Assembly: GCF_001194135.2 (NCBI RefSeq)
Contig: NC_068982.1
Span: 32,704,613 to 32,743,584, forward strand
DNA from: Octopus bimaculoides
Lineage: Eukaryota
Direction of reading: 5' to 3'
Length of the DNA: 38,972 nt
The position numbers were made by a program, and so were the translations under genes. Positions within the stretch are counted from its first letter, which is position 1, and each line of letters starts with the position of its first letter. Under the pieces are notes generated by a model. The model saw only the letters and a list, made by a program, of their open reading frames with translations, had not been told where the DNA came from and did no database searches. Below are positions 10,424 through 21,233 of the stretch, piece by piece.

Positions 10424-10989
10424 CTTGCATACATACGCACGCACATACATACGTGCGTATGCATGCTATTATTTAGTTTTATTTCTAGAGTTCTTGCCAA
10501 TGTAGAAACATTTGGTTTCTAACCTAGATTCACGGTTCCTTCATTGGAATTTCAACGATATCAACAGGTTAGTTGATCGTGTTTGTGTATATGTGCAAGT
10601 ATTTGGCCTCAGTATATGTGCAGATGTGTATGCTTTGCTTTATGTACTCATACATATATTTGCATGTCTAGACACGTGCAAATGTACTTATATGCTAGAC
10701 ATACGAAAAGTTTTATTTTTGCATTTGTATTGACGGTTCGTATTTGTAGTTTTCTTACTAGTTTTATAATTCTGGGTTTGAGAATCTTAATTTCTCAAGA
10801 TTGGTGATGATGCATTTGGTTACAGGTATAAATATACATACAAACTTGTAATCTAGCTGTAGTATCTGTAAATCCTTGAACAGTTCGTTCGGCTTAGGTG
10901 TTTACTTTATCGATGAGTTTTAGCTTTATGGTGACATCTGTATGTACGAAGGTACGTACATCTGTATGTACGAAGGTACGTACTATTTA

Positions 10990-11270
10990 CAGTTCTTTCC
11001 AGCAGGACAGCTACCCAACCGTTCGATACCTTTCCCTCTACTGTAGTGAGCAATAAGCTTGTGTCTTTATGTTCAACTTCTTAGGTGGTCTATCGTGCTG
11101 ACTGGAATTTAGGAAGTCTTGGCGAAACGCCACCCTATTTATTGTCTGAGTGGCCTTCGTAATTAGTTGATGGGCAAACCATCTTAGTCGCTTCCTTCTT
11201 ATACCACGTTAATGGTGCATGACGTATGAAGAGCTTTTCCTGCGGAAGTATTTCTACGTCTGCCTTTTGA
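10990..11270 (-). mobile_element. Decayed RTE-like LINE ORF C-terminal remnant
   Basis: A minus frame gives ..GIRRKRLRWFAHQL (11203-11165), matching the RTE-type post-RT motif I.RRRLRWFGH. Flanking sequence has stops. Confidence 0.55.
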
Positions 11271-11441
11271 TGATATTAGTATTCAAATCATAAACACTGC
11301 ATTTCAAAAACTTCCAGCTCTTTTTGTTTATCTTTAGGTTTTAAGGTCCACGTTTTCGATCTTTAAATTGTACAAAAAGAAAATAATAAGAGCGATGTAC
11401 AGTCTAACTTTGTGGTGCTGGTTGCCAATCAAAAATAAATG

Positions 11442-11763
11442 AAGGCGAGTGGTTTAATGGTTAGAGCATTCGAATCAAAATTTGCAGGTCATGAGTTCGA
11501 TTCCCTGCGGTGTATTATGTTTTTAAGCACAACAATTTATTTCACGTTGCTCCAGTCCACTTTGCTGTCAAAAATGAGTTGCACATGTAATTCAAAGGGC
11601 CAGATTTGTCACATTCCATGTCACGTTGAATCTCCCGGGGAACTACGTTAAGGGGTACGCATGTATGTGGAGTGCTTAGCCCCTTCGACGTTAATTTAAT
11701 GACCAGGCTGTTCCGTTGATCGGATCAACAGGAGCACCCGTCGTCTTAAAATAACGGAGTACC
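11442..11763 (+). mobile_element. tRNA-derived SINE with a distinct head and the family C tail
   Basis: A-box-like tggtttaatggttagagc, B box gagttcgattccc, middle ttcacgttgctccagtccac, and tail caaagggccag..caggctgttccgttgatcggatcaac..acggagtacc shared with family C. Confidence 0.8.
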
Positions 11764-11919
11764 TATTATTACAAATTATGATTCTTTGTCTTTCGAATGT
11801 TGTGGATGCTAGTGACAGCGTATATTCACATTTTCTGAAGCTTTTTTTTTTCTGTTTTTTTTTTAATCTACTACCGTAAAACAACCGCTGCATGAAAAGC
11901 AAAACTGAAGAAACGACGG

Positions 11920-12315
11920 GTGTGTCAATTTTGTTTAAAATCTAGTAAGAATGCACTCAGCTGCTATTTTCCAACCTTCGATATCAACCGAGGAATGGCC
12001 TTAAGGAATATAATGATAGTCGTTCATGTAGATACGAAAATAGTGCGAATTAGCGATGTACTGTACCACAAAAACAAGTGTAACATAATCACGGATGGTC
12101 AGCTAACTGATGAGTTTGAGTTATGCTGTTCTTCAATCATCTTCCTGGAATTTGTCATGGGGAAAACAAAAAGACTGTTACTCCTTCAAGCCCTCTCTAT
12201 ACATATTACACACACTGATGATGCGACCCAAATATTCAAGATCTTTGCCAATTTGAAAATATCGACTAAATGTCTAGACGAATCGCGCAAAAAGGAAAAA
12301 AAAAATAGGACATGA
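11920..12315 (+). pseudogene. RTE-like reverse transcriptase remnant (131-codon stop-free frame)
   Basis: FDINRGMALR (cf. AFDSINR..MW.IL), KIVRISDVLYHKNKCNIITDGQLTDEFEL (cf. KIV.II..LY..T.C.V..DG.LTD.FEV), HTDD (cf. YADD), NLKISTK (cf. GL.IN..KT). The GVRQG motif is missing. Confidence 0.65.
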
Positions 12316-12460
12316 AAATAAATGGTGCAGAGTGCTAGATCTTGTCACCCAATAAATGAAAACATTGAATGGTTGTAGAATATGTTAGATTTGTTTCTAG
12401 GCTGCATCTACAAACACACACACAGGTATGTATGTCTGCAAACACATACAAATGTGTGTG

Positions 12461-12466
<6 letters not shown>

Positions 12467-12554
<88 letters not shown>

Positions 12555-12595
12555 GTACACACATACATTTGTATGTATACATATATATACATATA

Positions 12596-12630
<35 letters not shown>
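12467..12630. repeat. Long (TA)n plus (GT)n microsatellite
   Basis: Direct reading. Confidence 0.95.
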
Positions 12631-12632
<2 letters not shown>

Positions 12633-14734
12633 AAATAACACAGATATTTGTATATACAGAAAACATATCGGCTAAACGACAGAATTAAGACGTGCGAAAG
12701 TAACGCTAATAGGAAACGCTAGGATCGTTTCGGACTACGAAAACATGTAAAATTTTTTTACAATAGACGTAAGTAAACCATGAGCTGAATTGAAAACTAA
12801 ATTTAAACTTTTAGACCAAACAGAAAAGGAAAAGTGCAAATGCCCAAGTGAATGGCCTCTACCAAAAAGAATGGGTAATTTTATAAGCTGGTTGGTCATG
12901 CGGAGGTCATGTGTGATATGTTGAGGGAAAGAGTGTTTCATACATACCTGCGCGCGCGCGCATTTCAATGTTTGTGTGTATGTATTTATCTTCATTAAAA
13001 CATATTTGAAGTCAGGTTCATCGTAGTTATATATCTAATTTCTTGTTACTTTCTATTTACGTTTGTACATTGTTTATTTGGAGTCCTGAGTAGGACTAAC
13101 GGTTCGAATTCAAATTTTATAATACTTCACTTGAACCTCGGTACATATACGAGGTTGACAGAAGAGAGGGAGATAACTTCTCAGTTGCTATAGAATACGG
13201 GTTGTCGAAGCATGTAGCGATGTATGGACCAACCATATATTAATACCACTGTGTATACTAGGCACTATTTGCTTCAGATATTCAATTATATCTTGACTAA
13301 CAGCTATTTAAAGACTTCATGAACAAAAATAGAATGAATAAAACCGAAATCAATTTTGATCTGTTCACCAAGCATTTTCAGTTCTTAAGATTCAAAACTT
13401 TGATAGTTTCCCCAGTTTCCAATCAACGAGGGGAAAGGGCATTAGATGAATTCATTTGGTTAATGTCAAGTTTGAAGGCACAAATAGGATTAAGGCGTAT
13501 ATGGTCTTGCAGTAGTTTTTATGAAGCATAGAGACACCAGGAAAAAGTGAGGAAGTGGACAAAATGCTTAAAATGAAGTTTGTTGCAATATGATTTTGTC
13601 AGAAATTCAGATCAGATGACTTGACAATAACTCTAAAAGCGGCGCCAGAGAACGGAACTCAAAAGCGAGACAGTGTTTGAAGAGTGTTGCTGGTTTAAAG
13701 ATTGTTTTAATTGGAAATAATCTAAAATATGCGGATATGTGAATGTTAGTTCCCAGCAATATATATAAATATTCGTCGCCCTGAAATGCGAGAATAATCT
13801 ATTTTCATGTGTATTTGATTCTTGAAAGGTTAGCGACTGTACAATGCTCAAGAGACTTTGGAACTCAGCAATTTTTCAACTTAGAAAGTGCAGTTAATCA
13901 CCGATTTATAGACAGTAGTTATTATCCATGGCATCTCACAACTAAAAACACAAAACAAGAAACCTTTCAGAGTGGAAAATTGGTACGTTTTTTTTCTTTA
14001 GGTCATTGCTGACGTACGACGCGAAGCCTTTTAAAATGGACATCAAACCTGTTTACTAACACCACTCATTGACAATGTACCAATGTATATTCAATACAAT
14101 AACAGCTTTCAAAACCATTTGGAACATTGCAATTTCACAGAACGTTAATTTCCTGTAGTGTATTTCAAACAATTTTAATAGAATAGAATTCATATAAATG
14201 TAGGCTATATTCATTGGAAGCTAATAAAAGAGGTTTCAACTGCATAATTCTGTTCAATAATTTTAAAGATGGCGTGATTTTTAAATTACATTCACAATTT
14301 GTCATTATAACACAGTTTATATACACACCTAGAAATTTAGGCAAGTAAATATCTATTGCAATTTTTATGTAGTATATCTTGCATTTTGTGGATTGTGCTG
14401 TTTCTTATAGGTTTCTAAAGAGCCAATTGCTAGTTTACTGCATTTTCGAAAGTGAGAGGAACAAAGAAACGTCTGTGTAACACAGGCGGACAAAATACAC
14501 TAGGTATTTGTGTGATATACACATCCGAGTTATCTCGGAGATGTTTATCTTTTGCTGGTACGTGCACACAACACACACAAGCAGCAGTAACAGCGACAAG
14601 AACGAGCCTGGAAAAATGATTTATAGTGGCATGAAATTAGACAACAAAAGCGGAAATGTTATACTAAGTATCATACAAAATGAATGATTGATTTACTGAA
14701 ATTAACCTTCGCCAACAGTGTGTTGTTATTGGTT

Positions 14735-14935
14735 AACTACACATGGCCTCTCGGCGATTTTTTCCTCTTTCTTCCTTTTACTTTTGACTTTCTTAGTTTC
14801 CTGTTTCCGAAGAAGGGCTATGATCGAAACGTAAAACAACCACTCTTTTGCTTCTCTGAGCGTCTTATTAATACTTTGCATGTGCCACGCACTCGCTTTG
14901 TTGTTTTTTTCTTGTCTTTTTCTCCCTTTTTTTTT
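14735..14935 (+). mobile_element. PLE-type terminal repeat fragment with a decayed hammerhead (14804-14836)
   Basis: tttc CCGAAGA a gggc tat gatc GAAA cgt a aaa: U4 changed to C, stem II with one mismatch, minimal ACGU stem III. Confidence 0.5.
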
Positions 14936-15789
14936 AAATTATNNNNNNNNNNNNNNNNNNNNNNNNNNNNNNNNNNNNNNNNNNNNNNNNNNNNNNNNNN
15001 NNNNNNNNNNNNNNNNNNNNNNNNNNNNNNNNNNNNNNNNNNNNNNNNNNNNNNNNNNNNNNNNNNNNNNNNNNNNNNNNNNNNNNNNNNNNNNNNNNNN
15101 NNNNNNNNNNNNNNNNNNNNNNNNNNNNNNNNNNNNNNNNNNNNNNNNNNNNNNNNNNNNNNNNNNNNNNNNNNNNNNNNNNNNNNNNNNNNNNNNNNNN
15201 NNNNNNNNNNNNNNNNNNNNNNNNNNNNNNNNNNNNNNNNNNNNNNNNNNNNNNNNNNNNNNNNNNNNNNNNNNNNNNNNNNNNNNNNNNNNNNNNNNNN
15301 NNNNNNNNNNNNNNNNNNNNNNNNNNNNNNNNNNNNNNNNNNNNNNNNNNNNNNNNNNNNNNNNNNNNNNNNNNNNNNNNNNNNNNNNNNNNNNNNNNNN
15401 NNNNNNNNNNNNNNNNNNNNNNNNNNNNNNNNNNNNNNNNNNNNNNNNNNNNNNNNNNNNNNNNNNNNNNNNNNNNNNNNNNNNNNNNNNNNNNNNNNNN
15501 NNNNNNNNNNNNNNNNNNNNNNNNNNNNNNNNNNNNNNNNNNNNNNNNNNNNNNNNNNNNNNNNNNNNNNNNNNNNNNNNNNNNNNNNNNNNNNNNNNNN
15601 NNNNNNNNNNNNNNNNNNNNNNNNNNNNNNNNNNNNNNNNNNNNNNNNNNNNNNNNNNNNNNNNNNNNNNNNNNNNNNNNNNNNNNNNNNNNNNNNNNNN
15701 NNNNNNNNNNNNNNNNNNNNNNNNNNNNNNNNTGTATGTATGTATGTATGTGTGTATGTATATATGTGTATATGTTTGTTTATCTGTGT

Positions 15790-15999
15790 TTGTCCCCCCC
15801 CCCAACATCGCTTGACAACCGATGCTGGTGTGTTTATGTTCCCATCACTTAGCGATTCGGCAAAAGAGACCGATAGAATAAGTACTAGGCTTACAAAGAA
15901 TAAGTTCTGGGGTCGATTTGCTCGACTAAAGGCGGTGCTCCAGCATGGCCACAGTCAAATGACAGAAGCAAGTAGAAGAGTAAAAGAGAGTAAAAAGAG
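15790..15999 (+). mobile_element. SINE D tail (head probably in the preceding gap)
   Basis: cttgacaaccgatgctggtgtgtttatg..cggcaaaagagaccgatagaataagtactaggcttacaaagaataag..cagcatggccacagtcaaatgac..gtaaaagagagtaaaaagag. Confidence 0.9.
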
Positions 16000-16090
16000 A
16001 TGTTGCCCAATGTGCCACGCAGCAGAATCGAACCTTAGAAAGGTGTAACTTGCGAAGCGAACTTGTGAACCACGCAGCCGTGCCTGCACC
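16000..16090 (-). mobile_element. Degenerate family A SINE head
   Basis: ttgcccaatgtgccacgcagcagaatcgaacc..gaaccacgcagccgtgcctgcacc is the reverse complement of the family A head. Confidence 0.6.
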
Positions 16091-16424
16091 CGTTTCTCTT
16101 TTAGTCAAGCTAGGTGAAGTGCTGAAGTAGCTTTTACTTAGGGATATACTGTTGACGTTTGAATAAGAGCAACAAGAAAAGATAGGCATAATACGTACTG
16201 TTTCATTGCTTTCTTTGTTCCTGATGACTAAGTGTTAAGAAGATATAGTCTGACTGCAGGTGTTGAATATACACAGAAGTGGAGAAAATATATGGTAGCA
16301 GAACAAGCAATGACCAGGTGGGAGGAGGGAGGAAACAGGTGAGCTTTTGAGAGCTGATCAACCTTGACAATTGCCGTTTCATCGCAATTCTATACGACAA
16401 ACAATCGCTCGGTTTTGAATGTTG

Positions 16425-16599
16425 TTGCGCTGACAGGGTCGTTCGCGCGCAGGGCAATACGCTTAGCGTTATTTCGTCCACCGATGTCGACATTGCTTTT
16501 CATCCTTTTGGCGTCGATAAAATAGTTACCAGTTGAGCACTGGGGTTGATTTAACCCACTTAACCCGTAATTTCTGGTCTTGTGCTAAGAATTAGTAAC

Positions 16600-16690
<91 letters not shown>

Positions 16691-16922
16691 GCAGCGAGCT
16701 GGCAGAATCGTTAACAGGTTGGGCAAAATGCCTTGCGGCATTTCACCCGTCTTTACATTCTGAGTTCAAATTCCTCCGAGGTCGATTTTGTCTTTCATCT
16801 TTTCGGAGTCGATAAATTAAGTACCAGTGAAACACTGGGTCGATGTAATGAACTAGTTACCTCCTCCAAAGTTTCAGACCTTGTGCCTATAATAGAAAGG
16901 ATTATTATTATCATCATCATCA

Positions 16923-16986
<64 letters not shown>

Positions 16987-17257
16987 AATAGCGAGTTGGT
17001 ACAATCGTTACCGCGCCGAAGAAAATACTCCGTGGCATTTGTTCCACTTCTTTATGTTCTCAGTTCAAATTCCACCGAGGCCTACTTTGCCTTTAATCTT
17101 TTTTCGTGATCGATAAAATAAGTACCAGTTGGTGAAATAAGTACCAAAAGTTCAGGCCTTGTGCCTATAGAAGAAAGGATTATTATTCTCATTATTGGGT
17201 CGGGGTTGGTAAAATCTTCAAAGTGTTGGACAAAATGCCTTACTATATCTCTGCATT
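16425..17257 (+). mobile_element. Head-to-tail array of four family B SINE copies separated by (ATT)n tracts
   Basis: Copies at about 16425-16590, 16691-16900, 16989-17185 and 17197-17257 (cut by the gap). Long (ATT)n tracts at 16597-16690 and 16900-16983. Confidence 0.85.
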
Positions 17258-17621
17258 NNNNNNNNNNNNNNNNNNNNNNNNNNNNNNNNNNNNNNNNNNN
17301 NNNNNNNNNNNNNNNNNNNNNNNNNNNNNNNNNNNNNNNNNNNNNNNNNNNNNNNNNNNNNNNNNNNNNNNNNNNNNNNNNNNNNNNNNNNNNNNNNNNN
17401 NNNNNNNNNNNNNNNNNNNNNNNNNNNNNNNNNNNNNNNNNNNNNNNNNNNNNNNNNNNNNNNNNNNNNNNNNNNNNNNNNNNNNNNNNNNNNNNNNNNN
17501 NNNNNNNNNNNNNNNNNNNNNNNNNNNNNNNNNNNNNNNNNNNNNNNNNNNNNNNNNNNNNNNNNNNNNNNNNNNNNNNNNNNNNNNNNNNNNNNNNNNN
17601 NNNNNNNNNNNNNNNNNNNNN

Positions 17622-17950
17622 GCGGTTTCGATTCCCAGACCGGACTTTGTCAGTGTTTATTGAGCGAAAACACCTAAAGCTCCACGAGGCTCCGGCAGGG
17701 GATGGTGGCGAACCCTGCTGTACTCTTTCACCACAACTTTCTCTCACTCTTTCTTCCTGTTTCTGTTGTGCCTGTAATTCAAAGGGTCAGCCTTGTCACA
17801 CTGTGTCACGCTGAATATTCCCGAGAACTACATGAAGGGTACACGTGTCTGTGGAGTGCTCAGCCACTTGCACGTTAATTTCACGAGCAGGCTGTTCCGT
17901 TGATCGGATCAACTGGAACCCTCGACGTCGTAAGCGACGGAGTGCCAACA
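17622..17950 (+). mobile_element. Family C SINE (5' end lost in the gap)
   Basis: gcggtttcgattcccagaccgg..aaagctccacgaggctccggcaggggatggtggcg..gcgacggagtgccaac, near-identical to 6395-6717. Confidence 0.9.
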
Positions 17951-18039
17951 TATATCTACAGACACAAAAGATCACCCTAGGAAAGTATCATCTATAAACC
18001 CCAACAGCCGATTGTTGTACCAGCTGACCTGTTTACTTC

Positions 18040-18430
18040 AGAATTCATTGAAGAAAGTCATGCCTTAAATGAGATCGAGCGAAGGAATGTGCTTCCTATC
18101 CTTCACATTTGCAGCCTGAGCAGCAAAATCACCACACACACCTCCACCTCCATATAACTACCATTCATTCCTTTCTTTCCATCACCTTCCCCTCCTCCCC
18201 ACCAAATACACACGGAAATACTCACAAAACTCCATCAACCTTCGCAGTGGTCAAAAGGCATACGCATCTATTAATGAAGAAATGAATCCACGAAGATGAA
18301 CGACCCGATACCCACGGATACTAAGGAATACACTGTAATCATCCCAGGAATACGGACTGTGATTTTAAGAGACATGTGATTCGTGGAAACGCGCGTAGCC
18401 ATGCATCAAATGTTTATGAATTCCATTTAA
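18040..18430 (+). mobile_element. Possible old PLE 3' remnant with a half hammerhead
   Basis: GAAAC GCGC GTA gcc at 18386-18400 is the right half of a PLE minimal hammerhead with a palindromic loop. The CUGANGA half is not intact. Confidence 0.3.
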
Positions 18431-18507
18431 GGATTACTATTATTATTACTATATTCTTTTATTCTTTTATTCTTTTACTTGATTCAGTAATTTGACTGCG
18501 ACCAGAC

Positions 18508-18550
18508 ATACATACATACATACATACATACATACATACATACATACATA
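18508..18550. repeat. (CATA)n microsatellite next to a D-tail fragment (18463-18503, minus)
   Basis: Direct reading. Confidence 0.9.
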
Positions 18551-19016
18551 CAGCCTACATGTAGTATACATTCGTACATGCACACTTACATAATTGTATG
18601 CATTATGTTCTGCTATTTGCGCGTAAAAAATCTTGGAAAATTGTTGCATTTGTTAGTCAACTCTTATGAATGCAAACTTAACAAAAACTATTGTTTCTTT
18701 TGTATAAAACAGGAAAAAAAAAACTTACAACCATAAATTAGATTCTTTTGTCCTAAATTTAATTCAAATTTCAGATACAGATTGTTTTTCAATCTTTTTT
18801 TTTTACAATTAGATTGTATTATATTATATCATATTATATTATATTATATCTATTTTAAATAAATATTATGTTTTATATAATAAAACACTTTAGTTATTTT
18901 TAAGAACGCCAAATGTTCAAGTTACTTCGTAAAAGAATTAACAACTTAAAATGTAAGTGAAATAAAAACAAAGCAAGAGTAAGAGTAATCATTCAAGACT
19001 ACACACGCGCACACAT

Positions 19017-19087
<71 letters not shown>

Positions 19088-20649
19088 ACGTATAATAAAC
19101 AGAAAAGCGTATTGTATCACAGTATGGACAATCTGTAATGTCATCTGTAATATATTGAAATGTTGAGATGACATGATGACATGGCTCTTATCCTTTGTAT
19201 TCTGAACCCCGAATTCTTTTCAGGATTCTGAAAAACTAAACAAGTAAAATAATAAATGAATTGATAAAATTAAAGACTCCTTTCAAAGTTAGAAGCACAT
19301 GATTATTATTCTTTGTTTCTTTTTTCGTTTGGTTTTATGCAAAAGAAGAAAAGAAAAACGTAGACTATCATAAGTATTTGTGAATATATATCTACATAGA
19401 GACATACATACATACACATGTGCATGAAAACATATGTACGTTGCATGAATGTAAGTATATAGTTACCTATGTATGTGTGCATTTTATATATTCCTTGTTG
19501 AAACTGGATCTCGAAGCCAATAAAGCTATAAACAATTTTTACATGCTATTATTTATACCTTTATAAACGCTTCGAGATACAATTCCAGTAAAAAAAAATT
19601 ATTTCACCTTCTCTGGAAACTTTATTAATTCATAAAACGTAAAAAATATGTGTATATAAATATTAGTATATCACGCTTGAAACTCGGAGTACCAAGGAGT
19701 TTGAATCAAACTGTTTTGATCAATACATGTAATTCCCAATAAATGTGATATATATAGTAAGAGGAGGGGTATAATATTCAGGCAGATACCGAATTTCTCT
19801 GAGTGAAAAGCCAAGGCTGATTTCTTCTGATGGTGCGATTTTTGGTAATCTTCCTTTAGCTCCCAACCTATTTTCCAGTTCATTTCTTGGCTACTTAGAG
19901 TGTAAAGTGCAATATTGATAATAAGGAGGATGAAGAATTTGAACATTCAGACTTTATATTTATTTCCAGTCAGTTTATTCAAAATAAACACGTGTTTCGA
20001 TCGCACCAACTGCATATTGTTGCTTAGTCGTTCCCCCTATTATGAATATTGTACTATATATATATNNNNNNNNNNNNNNNNNNNNNNNNNNNNNNNNNNN
20101 NNNNNNNNNNNNNNNNNNNNNNNNNNNNNNNNNNNNNNNNNNNNNNNNNNNNNNNNNNNNNNNNNNNNNNNNNNNNNNNNNNNNNNNNNNNNNNNNNNNN
20201 NNNNNNNNNNNNNNNNNNNNNNNNNNNNNNNNNNNNNNNNNNNNNNNNNNNNNNNNNNNNNNNNNNNNNNNNNNNNNNNNNNNNNNNNNNNNNNNNNNNN
20301 NNNNNNNNNNNNNNNNNNNNNNNNNNNNNNNNNNNNNNNNNNNNNNNNNNNNNNNNNNNNNNNNNNNNNNNNNNNNNNNNNNNNNNNNNNNNNNNNNNNN
20401 NNNNNNNNNNNNNNNNNNNNNNNNNNNNNNNNNNNNNNNNNNNNNNNNNNNNNNNNNNNNNNNNNNNNNNNNNNNNNNNNNNNNNNNNNNNNNNNNNNNN
20501 NNNNNNNNNNNNNNNNNNNNNNNNNNNNNNNNNNNNNNNNNNNNNNNNNNNNNNNNNNNNNNNNNNNNNNNNNNNNNNNNNNNNNNNNNNNNNNNNNNNN
20601 NNNNNTATATATATATATATATATGTATGTATATATATATATACCTGAG

Positions 20650-20878
20650 TAAGCACATAAATGTGAAACAAGTGGGTAAAAATAGAACACGAATACCGGA
20701 AGTAGAGTAATATGCTTTATTATAAAGAGCTGCAAAATCATCACAAAAGTATCACAAAAAACTGTTACTGGGAGTTTCACGTTCCCGTTCGTCGGGCAGT
20801 TGTGATTCAGAATGGATCCTTTCTGGATCACAACTGCCCGACGAACGTGATGTTTTTGCAGCTCTAATGATAAAGTAT
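20650..20878. mobile_element. PLE-type terminal repeat in a fold-back arrangement
   Basis: 20711-20812 and 20821-20878 are inverted copies (tatgctttat..agagctgcaaaa.catca and cgttcgtcgggcagttgtga..cagaa). The right arm has an internal deletion. Confidence 0.8.
20760..20801 (-). ncRNA. Type I hammerhead-like motif with a U4C core variant
   Basis: Minus strand: aactgc CCGACGA acg ggaa cgt GAAA ct ccc ag TA acagtt. Stem I aactg/cagtt, stem II acg/cgt, stem III act/agt, GUA cleavage triplet. Confidence 0.6.
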
Positions 20879-20957
20879 AAGTATGTGTGTGTATATATAT
20901 ATATATATATACATTATTTACAATTAACGGATATTTGTCCTAATCTTGTTTGTTGTT

Positions 20958-21003
20958 AACACAACGTTTCGGCTGATATACCCTCCAGCCTTCATCAGGT
21001 GTT
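20958..21003 (-). ncRNA. Minimal type I hammerhead ribozyme, core intact
   Basis: aacac CTGATGA a ggctg gagggtatat cagcc GAAA cgt T gtgtt: stem I AACAC/GUGUU, stem II GGCUG/CAGCC, palindromic ACGU stem III, GUU triplet. Confidence 0.8.
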
Positions 21004-21040
21004 TCATAGGAATGAGAACCCAGGTTCAAAATTTCCCCAA

Positions 21041-21086
21041 GACACCTGATGAAGGCTGGAGAGTTTATCAGCCGAAACGTTGTGTT
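21041..21086 (+). ncRNA. Minimal type I hammerhead ribozyme, core intact
   Basis: gacac CTGATGA (21046-52) a ggctg gagagtttat cagcc GAAA (21074-77) cgt T gtgtt. Predicted cleavage after 21081. Confidence 0.8.
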
Positions 21087-21136
21087 ACCAACCACCAAAT
21101 TGAGGACAAATATCCGTCAATTGTAANNNNNNNNNN

Positions 21137-21179
<43 letters not shown>

Positions 21180-21197
21180 GAGAGAGATAGAGAAAGT

Positions 21198-21232
<35 letters not shown>
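21137..21232. repeat. (GA)n microsatellite
   Basis: Direct reading. Confidence 0.95.

Positions 21233-21233
<1 letters not shown>

Larger units (their letters stand above)
20918..21126. mobile_element. Inverted pair of PLE terminal-repeat fragments (same family as 4931-5200)
   Basis: 85-nt arms at 20918-21002 and 21042-21126, about 76/85 matches by manual alignment. The spacer is the reverse complement of cttggggaaattt.gaacc..tctcattcct seen at 5057-5091. Confidence 0.92.

Noticed and set aside
10934-10981. Exact 24-bp tandem duplication acatctgtatgtacgaaggtacgt x2
   Set aside because: Real in the sequence, but best explained as local slippage or an assembly artefact. No functional signal.
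16425-17257. CRISPR-like repeat-spacer array
   Set aside because: The units are about 200-bp SINEs with (ATT)n linkers in eukaryotic DNA. There are no short identical repeats with unique spacers and no cas genes.
19503-19589. 10-bp inverted repeat atctcgaagc/gcttcgagat with a 51-nt spacer
   Set aside because: Too short, and no target duplication to call a MITE.
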